From Podospora anserina (lineage: Eukaryota), in the NCBI GenBank assembly GCA_017654855.1, contig CM030332.1:1488001-1552000 (forward strand): a DNA stretch of 64,000 bases, read 5' to 3'. The notes below the pieces were generated by a model. The model saw only the letters and a list, made by a program, of their open reading frames with translations, did no database searches and was not told where the DNA came from. Position numbers and translations under genes: made by a program. Shown piece after piece: positions 39,282 through 50,510 of this stretch. Numbering within the stretch: the first letter of the stretch is position 1; each line of letters opens with the position of its first letter.

Positions 39282-40550
39282 CTAGTGAACATGCACCATC
39301 CTCAGCGGCAAAATCTTCTGCCCCATCGCCTCCCTCCTGCACAACGGACACTCTGGCTTCTCCCTCACCCAATCCCCGATGCACTCCCAGCAAAACACAT
39401 GCCCGCAGCTCGTCACCGCCGGGTCCTTCAGCTCCTCCAGACAGAGCGTGCACTTCCTGGGATTGTAACCCTTTATCCAAGCCATTTGCTTCCCGTCACT
39501 GAGATCATACCTCGGCTTCGTCCCCCCTTTCACCAACGGGGTGTGAGTCGTCCTGGCAATCTCCGCCAATGAGCGCTGGTTCTGGGGAGCGGGGGCCGAG
39601 GTGTCAAGGAGGGAGGTGTTGAGGGCGTAGGCGTTGTCGTCCAAAGAGACTTCAACGGGGCCGGAGGGAATGTACCGGTCTGATGATGTGGGGATGTCGT
39701 CTATATTTGACGAAGGGGAGGAAGACAGTTGTTGGGAGAGGTGGAGGTAGGTCCTGACGAGCATTTGGGTGACGAGGAGGACGCCGAGCACTTCGTAGCC
39801 TCCGCGACCAGAGTTTTGGCTTGCTCCTGGGGTGTCGGGGATGCGCTTGGTGAAGATGTAGCGGAGGCCGAAGAGCCGCTTGGAGAGGGAGTAATACGCG
39901 CCGGTGAAGTAAAAGGTTGCGAGGGTGATGGCGTGGATGTGGGCTGGGTTGGTGAGGGAGGAGAGGTGGGTTAGGATGTAGCGGAGGGCGCGGGCTTCAG
40001 AGGTGGGTTGGCCTTGTTTTGTTGTGTCGAGGCCGCGGGTGGTGAGGGTTGTCAGCCGGGTGGTGAGAAGGCGGCGGAGGGAGGAGCGGAGTTTGGGGAG
40101 GAGGAGGGTGAGGAGGTAGGGGGTTAGTGTTGAGGTTGCGATGAAGCCTGCTCGGCGGGAGAGGGAGGGGAGAAGGGGGCCGGGTTGGGAGGTGGGTTTG
40201 GGGGGGATGTGGGAGTCGGGGTAGGTGGTTGCTTGTTGCTGCGAGGGAGGAGAGGGGGGCGCTTCGACTTGGACAAGATCGCAGTATTCTTCTCCGAGCG
40301 TGCGGTTGCCGATTAGGGTTGTAAGGCAGAGGTAGAGGGCATCGCCTATTGTGCGGGTCTCGGTCGCCCAGGAGTGGGCAGATCGGGCGCCGCGGAGACG
40401 GCGGTGGAGGTCGGAGATCTGGTTGGTGAGGAGGCCTTGGAAGTAGGCGTCTTTTTGGTGGGCGCGGATGATGTCTGGCGCGGCAGCGTATGGGTATGGA
40501 GAGCTTGTGAGAGGCGGTGGCGGCTGCGATTTGGGGGGCTGTGACGCCAT
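39282..40550 (-). CDS. PEX10: Peroxin 10, RING-finger E3
   Basis: YPYAAAPDIIRAHQKDAYF, LTTLIGNRTLGEEYCDL, FYFTGAYYSLSKR, GYEVLGVLL; RING CTLC..CGHVFCWECI..CPLCR. First ATG at 40550. Confidence 0.95.
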   Translation of the reverse strand: MASQPPKSQPPPPLTSSPYPYAAAPDIIRAHQKDAYFQGLLTNQISDLHRRLRGARSAHSWATETRTIGDALYLCLTTLIGNRTLGEEYCDLVQVEAPPSPPSQQQATTYPDSHIPPKPTSQPGPLLPSLSRRAGFIATSTLTPYLLTLLLPKLRSSLRRLLTTRLTTLTTRGLDTTKQGQPTSEARALRYILTHLSSLTNPAHIHAITLATFYFTGAYYSLSKRLFGLRYIFTKRIPDTPGASQNSGRGGYEVLGVLLVTQMLVRTYLHLSQQLSSSPSSNIDDIPTSSDRYIPSGPVEVSLDDNAYALNTSLLDTSAPAPQNQRSLAEIARTTHTPLVKGGTKPRYDLSDGKQMAWIKGYNPRKCTLCLEELKDPAVTSCGHVFCWECIGDWVREKPECPLCRREAMGQKILPLRMVHVH

Positions 40551-41024
40551 TGTGTCTGTCGCAGTTGAATATGCAGAAAGGTGTTTGCTTGCAGCGCTCA
40601 GCGCATTGCCTGGTTCCAAAAAAGTTTACAGTCGAAGATGCGATGGCGCGTGAAGAGAAATGGTCGTGGTGTTGATGCTCGGCTTTGGAGTCTTGGACCT
40701 CGGTGAGCTCTGGGTCTACGCACCGGTATCCCTGTCCCTGGATGCGGACGCAACAGGGGGGCCGTTTCGGGCTTAGACTTAGGGGGTCCCCACATGCCCC
40801 AACGTCCAGGCTGACGTCGGTCTCCAAAATTAATTACAGGGGGCACAGGACAGCACGCGACGGATGTACGTACGAATTATTCAATTCGAAACACGATTTT
40901 TCTTCCCCTTCAGCTTTTATAGTCGTTGACACAGTCTCTCGCTTTTGCTCTTTGTTTACTTACCTCGCCCTTCTTCGACACTTCTCGATGCCTGTGGTAA
41001 AGGCATCACCAGAAGACAGGCACA

Positions 41025-42303
41025 ATGGACGGTGACCCGGCGGTTGAGCCGCAGCTCGATGCTTTCAGCTTGGCCTTCCCACTGCCCTACCGAGTAGCAA
41101 TCATCGTGATTCTGGGTATGCCCTGCCCTTTGAACTTGCTGTGAAGCTCTCCTTTTCTAACGTTTTACTACAGCCGTGTGGGGATGGGGTCTCAATCTCC
41201 ATTTCCTTCACATTCGTCGAATCGATGTGCCCTCTTTGATCCGCTACCCGGGCAGGTCGAGCTCGGCCCAACTGACCCATCACCATTCGACCTACCGCAT
41301 CGCCTCCCTCCTCTCCTCCGCCTCCGGCCTGTCGATAGTGATCTTCTGGATGCTGACGCGAGGAGATCCTCAGCGTGTGATCGACTACGACTGGATTCCC
41401 ATGACCAACCTGCTCATTATCGCCCTGCTCTTCTCCGTCCCGCTTCGCAAACTCTCGGTATCCCACCACGGAAGAAGTCGACTCCTTAGGACTTTGAAGA
41501 GAGTTAGCGTTGGAGGTCTGGCCGAGGCAAAAGACGGAAAGTTCGGGGACATCCTGCTTGCCGATGTGCTCACCAGCTATGCCAAAGTGCTGGCCGATCT
41601 CTTTGTCTGCCTTTGCATGTTCCTCACTAGCAATGGTTCTGCTACTGCCAGACCGGATCGGGGCTGCGGAGGTGATGTTCTTGTCCCCGTGATAATGGCT
41701 GTTCCAAGCGCCATTCGACTCAGGCAATGTCTGATCGAGTACGTTCGTGTTCGGAGCGCTCCTTTGAGAGAGGCTACAGGGTGGGGTGGTCAACACTTGG
41801 CCAACGCCGCAAAGTACTCAACTGCTTTCCCAGTCATTGTCATCGGTGCCATGCTGAGGAATCAGACCGAGGCTTCACCTGGCCTGTCCCGCGCGTGGAT
41901 TGCCGCTTGTCTGCTGAATTCCTTCTACAGTTTTTACTGGGATGTTGCCAAGGATTGGGATCTGACTCTCTTTTCTGATGCACGGGAAAGAAACTCCCCC
42001 GACCATCCGTACGGGTTGAGGAGGAGGTTATTGGTGCATAAACCAGGGGTTTACTACGCTGTTATTGCGTTGGACCTGACTTTGCGGTGCACCTGGATGA
42101 TCAAGCTGAACCCCAGTCTTGACCAAATCAGCAACTTTGAAAGTTCCATCTTTCTCATTCAGTTTCTAGAGGTGTTTAGACGCTGGATATGGATTTTCTT
42201 CCGGGTTGAGACGGAATGGATTAGGAACAACCCAGTTGGGCTGGACGCTGAGGATATTCTTCTGGGAGACTTTCAAGGAAACAAGTACGAAGACGAGGAC
42301 TGA
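41025..42303 (+). CDS. ERD1: EXS-domain membrane protein, 2 exons
   Basis: MDGDPAVEPQLDAFSLAFPLPYRVA; FGDILLADVLTSYAK, RLRQCL, HLANAAKY, YSFYWDVAKDWDL, EVFRRWIWIFFRVETEW. Intron 41116-41173. Confidence 0.9.
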
Positions 42304-42957
42304 AGAGGTGGCTCTTCGGCAATACACTTACATCATGACTAAGCGGAGATGAATAAAGTCGGCTGACTTTTATTCTTGGGTACAGGCTGGTATAGACTGG
42401 AATGTGAAACACGGCACATATGTATCATGGAGCAGGCGTTCGGGCAGCGTTTGGATTAGGTATGGACTGGTACTTTTGATGATGACCTCACATTATGCTA
42501 ATATGGGCCAGCGAGATATCACATAGCATGATCTGATCAAATTAACATCCCAACTTCGAAAACATTTTTCGGCATCTGACCTTTTATGCTGGACTCGGAG
42601 GCCGCGAAGGCTCGACTCGTCAAGGGCGCCGCTCCGCTTAGTTTTATTGATCCGGACAAAGACCTGATGGTGTGGTTGACCAACTCCAACAAAGACGAGG
42701 ACCGAAGAAGTTCCGTCACCCGCAGCTAGCCCTTGGTATGGTTGAAAGGGGTCAGGTGTGGCTGCGCGGCATCGGGGTTTTCCGTTTCTTTGTCGTGATG
42801 CTGCAAAGTCCCGGCAGTCTGGTTTGGACAGCCACGCGAGATTTCCGTGTCCGCTTTCGACCACTTTTATCTCAACCATGTCCCTTGTCTCGGAAAACGT
42901 GGTTCAATCCGATCAACTATGCATGACATGTTTGACACGACATAGGAGCCGCCGATC

Positions 42958-45903
42958 ATGGGTCCCGACGTAGCCTTCACGAAGCATCCCAATGGATCAG
43001 TCTCGTCTTTGGCCCGGGCAGAGATGCAAGCCGCCCACCAATTTTTACCTCCCCCCGTCGAACAGGTTCAGAGATACCACACCAAGAACCTACCTCCGCC
43101 TCCCCCAGATAGGAGACTATCATCAGTATCTGTTCTTAGCAGGGAAATGAATGTGGCATTTGCGGGTACCGAAGATATGCTTTCACTCGACACTGACCAA
43201 CGCGAGGTATTAGAGAAACAGGAGCAGGAGGGTAATCAACAAGAAATGCCAGCTCACACCCACGTTTCCATTTCGACTCGTGCATCTGACGATGTCATCT
43301 CGCCTCAGCCAAAATCGGCGCTTCCTAAGTTATGGAAGATGACGGGGCATGATGGCTTCCGTACCTCAGCATCAAGAGAAGGGTCTATCGACTCAACACA
43401 CCACATGACCGCATACGTATCTTGTAACAGGTCAAATACCCAGATCGCTCCCGAAGAAGTGGAGCTACGCCGACAACCACATGAATACGAGCATGCCGGG
43501 ACAGAAGGACCAAAGAACTCACTGACAGAGCCATGGCTGCCCTCTCCATTGAGCGATCAATCGGTGACCTCTCCTCTGCAGAAGGAAGTCAGTCGAGAGC
43601 CAGTCACAGCTATCTCTGACACAGCTTTGATGGACATCAACACCGCGTTGCGAACATTAGAACCCGAGGAAAGGCGCCTTTCTAATGCGTCTTCCCTCAA
43701 CGCTCCAGGGAGTAGACTGGGTTCGACTCTACATGCATCTTCTCCTACTTCACACATTGTTCGACGCAACAAACCTGACTTCCATCGAGAGAAGAAGGCG
43801 GCCCCGGGACCCTCACCGTTGAAGAAGACGCCACGATCCGCCGTGCATGATGATCATGCTTGGTCTCGAGGCTACCGCATACCGGATTCAGACGAGCACA
43901 GGTCCAGCCACGACATGTATCATGAAGCAGCTGTGGAAATGGTGTCCAAAACACCCCCTAACTCTCCTACTCATATCTCTTCGACAGCGAGCTCGTCGAA
44001 GCACATACCGCTTGAGCAAATCATCAAGGGCATCCAATTGACCGAGATGATCACAGCAGATGCAGGGAACGCAAGCAGCGAACCAAGTAGCTGGTATAGT
44101 AGCAGCCACCACTCGACCAAACCTTTACTAGCTTCTCCCCCTCGGCCGCCTCCTTCTTCATACCATTACCATCAGTCCCCGCGCGAAGGCCAGCAGCTGC
44201 AAAACATACGCCGTCCCTCGGGGAGCAGCGCTTTTAGCGCCCTAAGTGCCACAAGCGCCCCCCAGAGGCACCTCCAGCCTGGCGACCGGTCTGTCATGGC
44301 GAGTACTAGCACCTTTGGCGGCCCTTCCCATTTCCATATCCACCCTCCCTCCTCTTCCCACTCGCGCAAACCATCGCGGAGTTCCCCATCACCCTCTCCA
44401 TCTCAAAAGCCTTCCCCGCCCGGCGACAACGGTAATAGGCTTGGTGACCTTGACGGGGAAGTCCACGCAGACGGGGATTCAAGTATGGGCTGCCGAGGCA
44501 GACGAACTTGCAGCATCTCGAGGACGCAGGGCACTCGGTCGATACCTATATCGAGGCCAGGAAGTGACGTTGTCACTCAGACCGTCAGCATCGATGCCAA
44601 GTCACACGATGCTTGGTCGAGCCATTTCTCCCCTTCCCCCACGTCCCCGAAAAGGTACAGCTCCATCCTCAGCAAAGTCTTTAGGCGCTCTACAGGTGTT
44701 TATCCAGTAACACCTCTTCGATCTCCTTCTAAGCAGAAAGGACCATACAACCTGATGTTAGAATCGGCACAGCAGCGGCGAGCCCTACACCAGATCCAAC
44801 ATCAGTTCGGATCAGACGTGAAGCCCACCACCCCCACAACACCAAATCATTTATCTTTCTCGCAAATTGTCAGTAAGGCAGGAGCTGCTGCCACGGCTCC
44901 ATTCAAAACCCCCGAAGAAAGGAGACGCTCCAAACTCAAAAACAAGATCAGAGTCTATGGCGACGAGGGTCAGCTCTTGGGCCAGGAGGAAGGTGCCACA
45001 CCATTCAAGCACAAGACTGAGGCTGCCAACAACGAAACTCCATCCGCAAGGGCGTCAAAACATTCGATGCTTGCTGGATATGACAGGACAAAGTCAGCCC
45101 ACGAGTTGATGGGTGAAGGAACGCTTATTCCACCAAACGACAACCCAATCTGGATGGGCCCAGGAGTGGCAACTTATGTTCACGGGACGTCTGTTTCTTC
45201 AACTCCAAGATTAGTCTCAACCCCCAGTGGCACCCCAGGCGTGACGTCTGCCCGGCTCTCGGCGGCAAATACAGCTACCGCGTCTGGTACTGACTCCAAC
45301 TCAGTCTGGTCCCGAGCCCCGACATTATCAGCAACAGGGACGCCAACGAGAACAACATTTGGTAGCATTGCCTCCCTTCCTCCTCCTCCTCCCGCTACTG
45401 CAACAAGGGGCAACACTTCCTCCCCTCCGGCGAGGTATCGCAAGACCCCAGCAGGAGGAAGCGATTCTTCTCAGAGTCATAGCCGCAGTCCGGCTGTCGG
45501 GCCTAGGCTAGGTGCTGCTGCGACGGAAAGTCGATATAACCCTGCAGCTTCTCTACCGCTACCGCCGGTGCATGTCCCACCGCCGTTTGTGTTCAGGTCT
45601 TTTACAGCACAAGTGTCGGTGTTGGATAACCCGCTCAAGCAAACCAGGGGTACCAGCCCGAGGCCAACGCCTAGTCCTAAACCTTCGAACGCAACACGAT
45701 CAGAGATTGAAATTCCTGGGTACACCACTTTGCTTGCTGACGGAGCGGCGTATGGAGGGTCGAGAACGGGGGCGGTGGGGTTGGGTATTCTTGTTCCTTG
45801 GAGGACTAAGAGTGTCATTGAGCGGGAGGAGAGGGAGAAGATAGAGGGACAGAAGAAGAAGGAGGAGGGGATGGAGGTAGAGGGGGTGAGGAATGTTTTG
45901 TAG
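42958..45903 (+). CDS. Hypothetical S/P/T-rich, probably disordered protein (981 aa)
   Basis: 2.9 kb uninterrupted ATG-initiated ORF; no recognisable domain; short charged motif EERRRSKLKNKIRV. Confidence 0.65.
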   Translation: MGPDVAFTKHPNGSVSSLARAEMQAAHQFLPPPVEQVQRYHTKNLPPPPPDRRLSSVSVLSREMNVAFAGTEDMLSLDTDQREVLEKQEQEGNQQEMPAHTHVSISTRASDDVISPQPKSALPKLWKMTGHDGFRTSASREGSIDSTHHMTAYVSCNRSNTQIAPEEVELRRQPHEYEHAGTEGPKNSLTEPWLPSPLSDQSVTSPLQKEVSREPVTAISDTALMDINTALRTLEPEERRLSNASSLNAPGSRLGSTLHASSPTSHIVRRNKPDFHREKKAAPGPSPLKKTPRSAVHDDHAWSRGYRIPDSDEHRSSHDMYHEAAVEMVSKTPPNSPTHISSTASSSKHIPLEQIIKGIQLTEMITADAGNASSEPSSWYSSSHHSTKPLLASPPRPPPSSYHYHQSPREGQQLQNIRRPSGSSAFSALSATSAPQRHLQPGDRSVMASTSTFGGPSHFHIHPPSSSHSRKPSRSSPSPSPSQKPSPPGDNGNRLGDLDGEVHADGDSSMGCRGRRTCSISRTQGTRSIPISRPGSDVVTQTVSIDAKSHDAWSSHFSPSPTSPKRYSSILSKVFRRSTGVYPVTPLRSPSKQKGPYNLMLESAQQRRALHQIQHQFGSDVKPTTPTTPNHLSFSQIVSKAGAAATAPFKTPEERRRSKLKNKIRVYGDEGQLLGQEEGATPFKHKTEAANNETPSARASKHSMLAGYDRTKSAHELMGEGTLIPPNDNPIWMGPGVATYVHGTSVSSTPRLVSTPSGTPGVTSARLSAANTATASGTDSNSVWSRAPTLSATGTPTRTTFGSIASLPPPPPATATRGNTSSPPARYRKTPAGGSDSSQSHSRSPAVGPRLGAAATESRYNPAASLPLPPVHVPPPFVFRSFTAQVSVLDNPLKQTRGTSPRPTPSPKPSNATRSEIEIPGYTTLLADGAAYGGSRTGAVGLGILVPWRTKSVIEREEREKIEGQKKKEEGMEVEGVRNVL

Positions 45904-46918
45904 AAGGGGGGTTGAAACGGTTGGTGTTTTGGGTACTGAGATTTATGGGTAGATGTGGTTACATGGGATTTTGGGATGGTAAACGTAGTGTTGGTTTTGG
46001 GGCATTGGTAGACGAGGGGGAGTGTGTTGTGATTATACTGTGTGGTGTACATAGATTCAAATTTATAGGCTGATGGGTTGAAGTGCGGTTAATGGTGGTT
46101 TGCTTCCTGGGTTAGTCTATCTTCTTACTTGGGAAGGAGCGGGCTCGAGAGGGATAGCTCCTTCCATGTTGCTCCGTGACTGCCGTCTCGAGTCTTTCCA
46201 TGTTGTGTTGCTCCTTCCTCGAGAACAACTGAGCCATGGTATATATATTAGTTTAGACATACAACCCTCAACAAGGAACAGTAGCTCCTGGCCAATGGTC
46301 AAGTGGTAAGCCTGCTGGCCGGCAGGAAAGTTGCCCAAAATACCCTCCCAGGGTTCCTGTCCATCCGTGACAGAGCCTCCTGTTCAAATCCTCGCAAAAC
46401 CCACGGTTTCCGGCGCTGAACACCACAATCAAATAAAGTGTGGATGCCCAGCGAGCTTTTTAATTTTAACTTGATCATGATAATGTCGTTCGACCGGCTT
46501 TTTTTCCCGTTCTTCCATCTAGAATACCGTTGATGTTTGGACTCGAAATGCTTATATCTCCAAGTCAACACGACGTCACCCCCCACTCTTTCTTCATCAA
46601 CAAAAAGTTACCCCACATTCCCCATCCCCTTTCCCCTTTCGACAACACCCAACCCTTCCAGAACACCGGCCGGCCGAGGTCCACCTATGACAAGCACTCC
46701 TCCGGCTTTTGACTCCCGGAACCCGCCCCGCATTTGCATTTCCCCAGTCTAGTCAAGTGCCAGCAACATTGCCATGTGCATTTCCTACCTTATGCAGTAC
46801 ACTCCAGAGTGCAGTGCACCGCCTTATCCGACCGAGCCTTACGCTTATCCAGCCACCTCCCCCTCACTACTCACCCCCCTTTTAACCTACCAACTAACCT
46901 AAGCTTTGGCCCCAGAAA

Positions 46919-48324
46919 ATGACCAGCACGTTGATGGTCTCTGAGCCTCATCAGTCAGATCAACAAGACCCTCAACAACAAGAAGATCTCATTTCTACTC
47001 CAGCCCACCCAGGCCAGGAAGAAACAAAGACGGTAGTTCAGGGGTTGCGGGATTCACCGAGTTTGAGTCCCACCGCTTTAGATACTCAACAGGAAGAAAG
47101 TGAGAGGGAGGAAGACGAGGGTTCGTATTACTGGAAAAGGGAGACCATGGCGCCGTTGAATGCTGTTTCTGCTGTGAGTTGAACTTTGGGGTCAATGAGT
47201 GAAATGAGATAGATGGTGACTGATGTCTGGGATGGCAGGCGGCGGTTGCCAGGCTGAGGGCGTTCAAGCCGCCTCCTTTTCCGTTGTGGGATCGGTTGCC
47301 TGTCAGTAGACGGGCGGCGGTGTTGTTGCTGTTGTATGCGGACCGGAAGGGGGATTTGAGGGTGGTGATAACGATGAGGGCGGCGACGTTGAGGAGTTTT
47401 TCTGGTGGGTTGCTGTGAGATGATACTACATGGAATGTGTGGTTGACTTCTATGTACCAGGTCATGCAGCATTGCCAGGTGGGAAGGCGGACACCATCCA
47501 CGAGACACCCTGTAACCACTCCCCCATCGTCTCACAACCCTGAACAACTACTGACCACTGCGAAAAAAGACCAAATCGCCCGCCGCGAAGCCTACGAGGA
47601 AATCGGCCTCCCCCTCGACAACACCCACCTCCCCCCACCCTTCACAATCGAACACCTCTGCTACCTCCCCGCCAATCTCGCCCGCACCGAGCTCGTCGTC
47701 CGCCCCGTCGTCGCCCTCCTGCACACCTCCCCCCCTTCCTCCACCGCCACCTCCCCCCAGTCAAACCCCGTCTCCCCGCAGCCCAACCCAACAATCACCG
47801 CTGAAGACTCCCTAATCCCGCGACTCGACGCCAAAGAAGTCGCCGCCGTGTTCTCCGCCCCGTTTCACAACTTCCTCAGATCAACCGATGAACCTGGTCA
47901 CGAAAAGGTAGAAGGGGAGTGGTATAATGGCTCCTGGACGGAATGGCACGAGGAGCCCTGGCGGATGCACTTTTTTTATGTCCCGGTCACTAACCAGAGG
48001 GTTACTAAACCTAAAATTCGTGAGGGGGGTTTGGCATCACTGGCTGAAGATCACAGCCCTGATGAGGAGCCAGTGGAAGAGGAAAAGCGGTACAAAGTCT
48101 GGGGGATGACCGCTCGGATTCTGGTGGATGCGGCCACGATTGCGTATGGGGAGAAGCCAGAGTTTGAGCATAACAGTCATTTTGGAGATGAGAGGATCAT
48201 TGAGGGATTGGAAAGGTTGGGGAGGCTGGGGGAGAAGAAGAGACGGGGGAGTACAGTCACCAAAGAGGATGTGAAGAAGGCGGGGGAGATTATGACCAAG
48301 AAGGAGGAAGGCAGTAAGATGTGA
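46919..48324 (+). CDS. PCD1: Nudix CoA diphosphatase, peroxisomal (start uncertain: 46919 or 47147), 4 exons
   Basis: Spliced reading gives RRAAVLLLLYAD..LRVVITMRAATLRSFSGHAALPGGKAD..ARREAYEEIGL (Nudix box) and YKVWGMTARIL; ends SKM (PTS1). Introns approx. 47174-47238, 47405-47460, 47512-47570. Confidence 0.9.
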
Positions 48325-48419
48325 GATGATTGTTTTGGGTATGAATCATGGAATGGTCTATTCTTTTGGGCGTGAGATAGGTGTAGATCACATGAGACTA
48401 GATTACACAGTAGAAATCG

Positions 48420-49182
48420 TTAATGGCAGGCTGTCTCCTTTGCTACGGTGGTCTGGCCGCCAAACAAGAGGTATCCGAGGCCGGCGCCAAAGGAGCAGGC
48501 GAGCATGACCCAGCCGTTGTAAGTCATGAAGATGAGCCTTATATCTTGTCAGGTTGCCATCTTGAGTGCATTTACGAAAGGATACTCACATGATCATAAA
48601 AGCATAAAAGTTCTGCACCGCATACAAGACACTCTTGATGATGTGCGCCCGTTTGGTGACCTCGTCTCTGTTCTGGCCTGTAATCACAGCGCCAAAGAAG
48701 GGGGCTGTCTCAGCATCTTGTTCATGATCTTCCTCGTCTTGATATCGAGACTCGATTTCTCCTTGGAACCAAAGGAAAAACACATCGTCTCAGCCTATGG
48801 AATATTTGGGGAAGAGTATGAAGAATGACTTACGAGGGACGGAGTTGGCCCGTCTGGTGACTGCGGCTTCATAGCGACGGATGGCTTCACGGAGGGCTTC
48901 GTAGCCGGCGCCGAGGGCGACGATGGCGAGGAGGGAGACGAAGAGGGAAAAGTTGGAGGAGATGTGCCATTGGCGGAAGACGATGCAGAGGTTGTTGGTG
49001 TCCCAGGTGAAGAGCATCTTTTTCTCATATCAGTATCATGTTTTGATGAGAGGGATATGAGGAAAAGGACTCACGTTCATGTTGCACATGTTTTGGCCAT
49101 CACCGCCGTGATCACCGTGGCCCATGTGAGCCGAGTGGTCCATCATTTCGTGATGGGAGTGGTCGTGGTGAGAGTGATCCAT
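48420..49182 (-). CDS. CTR2: Ctr-family copper transporter, 4 exons
   Basis: His/Met-rich N-terminus MDHSHHDHSHHEMMDH, CNMNMLFTW, GYEALR, MxxxM motif MIMLIFMTYNGW, C-terminal ACH. Confidence 0.92.
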
Positions 49183-49801
49183 TTTCGCGTTTACTTTGTG
49201 AGTGAAAAAGACAGGACAAATGAGAATCGTGTGAGAGAAGTGAGGAACTGAGATTATGGTGAAGAAGTTCTCACTCGGGGTTCAAGTTGCGCATGAAATC
49301 TGTCCCAACGTTTGGAACGAGACGCGAACAGGGGTCCGTTGATCCATGCACGGGGGCCCCACTTTTGATAATCAGCTCTGGGGAAGGGCGACTCGGCATT
49401 GTCTCGGGGGCGCGGGGCAGGAGCTTGGAAAGGATTGATGGCGGGGTTGGTCTGGGTTGATGACGGAGGGAATTTGGGAATGGAGACATATTTCTAAAAT
49501 CTCAAGAACTAAAATCATCATCAAACATATAGGCTTTACAGTTGTGACGCTGTACACCTAAGCCTCTCGGCATTGACAGGTGGGTGACCACCGAGCTTCA
49601 AGATCTCCAGGGTGAAGCTCTCATCTGATCTCACGAGCACTGAGCAAAGCTCCCGATGATACCCGCATCGCTTTGCTGAATGACAAGTCTTCATATTCGC
49701 TCACTCACCCGCCCCAGACTATCACACCTCCAAGTCCATCTCATACCTTTAGCTGCTCTCATTAACCTTGTTCTCACAGATCCTACCAAACGCTCATCGA
49801 A

Positions 49802-50415
49802 ATGCTCACCCAACCCATCAACCTGCCAAAATGGTTCAGTCTCCAATATCACCACTTTGATCTCTAACCAAACTAACACACACCCCCAGGCTTGAAGAAA
49901 ACTCCCACCTCCTCAAACCCCCCATCAACAACTACTGCGTCTACAACGAAGGCTTCACCGTCATGATCGTCGGCGGCCCCAACGCCCGCACCGACTACCA
50001 CATCAACCAAACCCCCGAATGGTTCTACCAGCACCGCGGCGCCATGCTCCTCAAGATCGTCGACCCCACCGATAACAACACCTTCAAGGACATCATCATC
50101 CGCCAAGGCGACATGTTCCTCCTCCCGCCCAACACCCCCCACAACCCCGTCCGCTTCGCCGACACCGTCGGCATCGTCCTCGAGCAAGAGCGTCCAGAGG
50201 GGAGCATCGACCGGATGAGGTGGTACTGCCAGTCATGCAAGGAGATTGTCCACGAGGCGAGCTTTCACTGCACCGATTTGGGGACGCAGATCAAAGCTGC
50301 GGTGGAGGCTTTCAAGGAAGACGAAGAGAAGAGGACGTGTAAAAAGTGTGGGGAGGTGGCGGCGTGGAAGCCCGCCGAGGGGAGTCTGAAGGATCCTAAT
50401 TTGGAGGAGGCTTGA
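49802..50415 (+). CDS. BNA1: 3-hydroxyanthranilate 3,4-dioxygenase, 2 exons
   Basis: [62 protein letters not shown]. Intron 49834-49889. Confidence 0.96.
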
Positions 50416-50510
50416 TTTTTTTGGTGTATATTTACTTTTCTACTTGGGGGTTTCTAGCGGTGTATATGCAAAAAATCATCTGTTTTGGATACATGAAAAA
50501 ACAAAACATT

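Noticed and set aside
13725-48324. Peroxisome-related genes (NKL reductase, PEX10, PCD1) as a cluster
   Set aside because: Spread over 35 kb among unrelated genes.
49579-49592. GGTGGGTGACCACC resembles part of fungal 5S rRNA
   Set aside because: Only 14 nt; the flanks do not match 5S.
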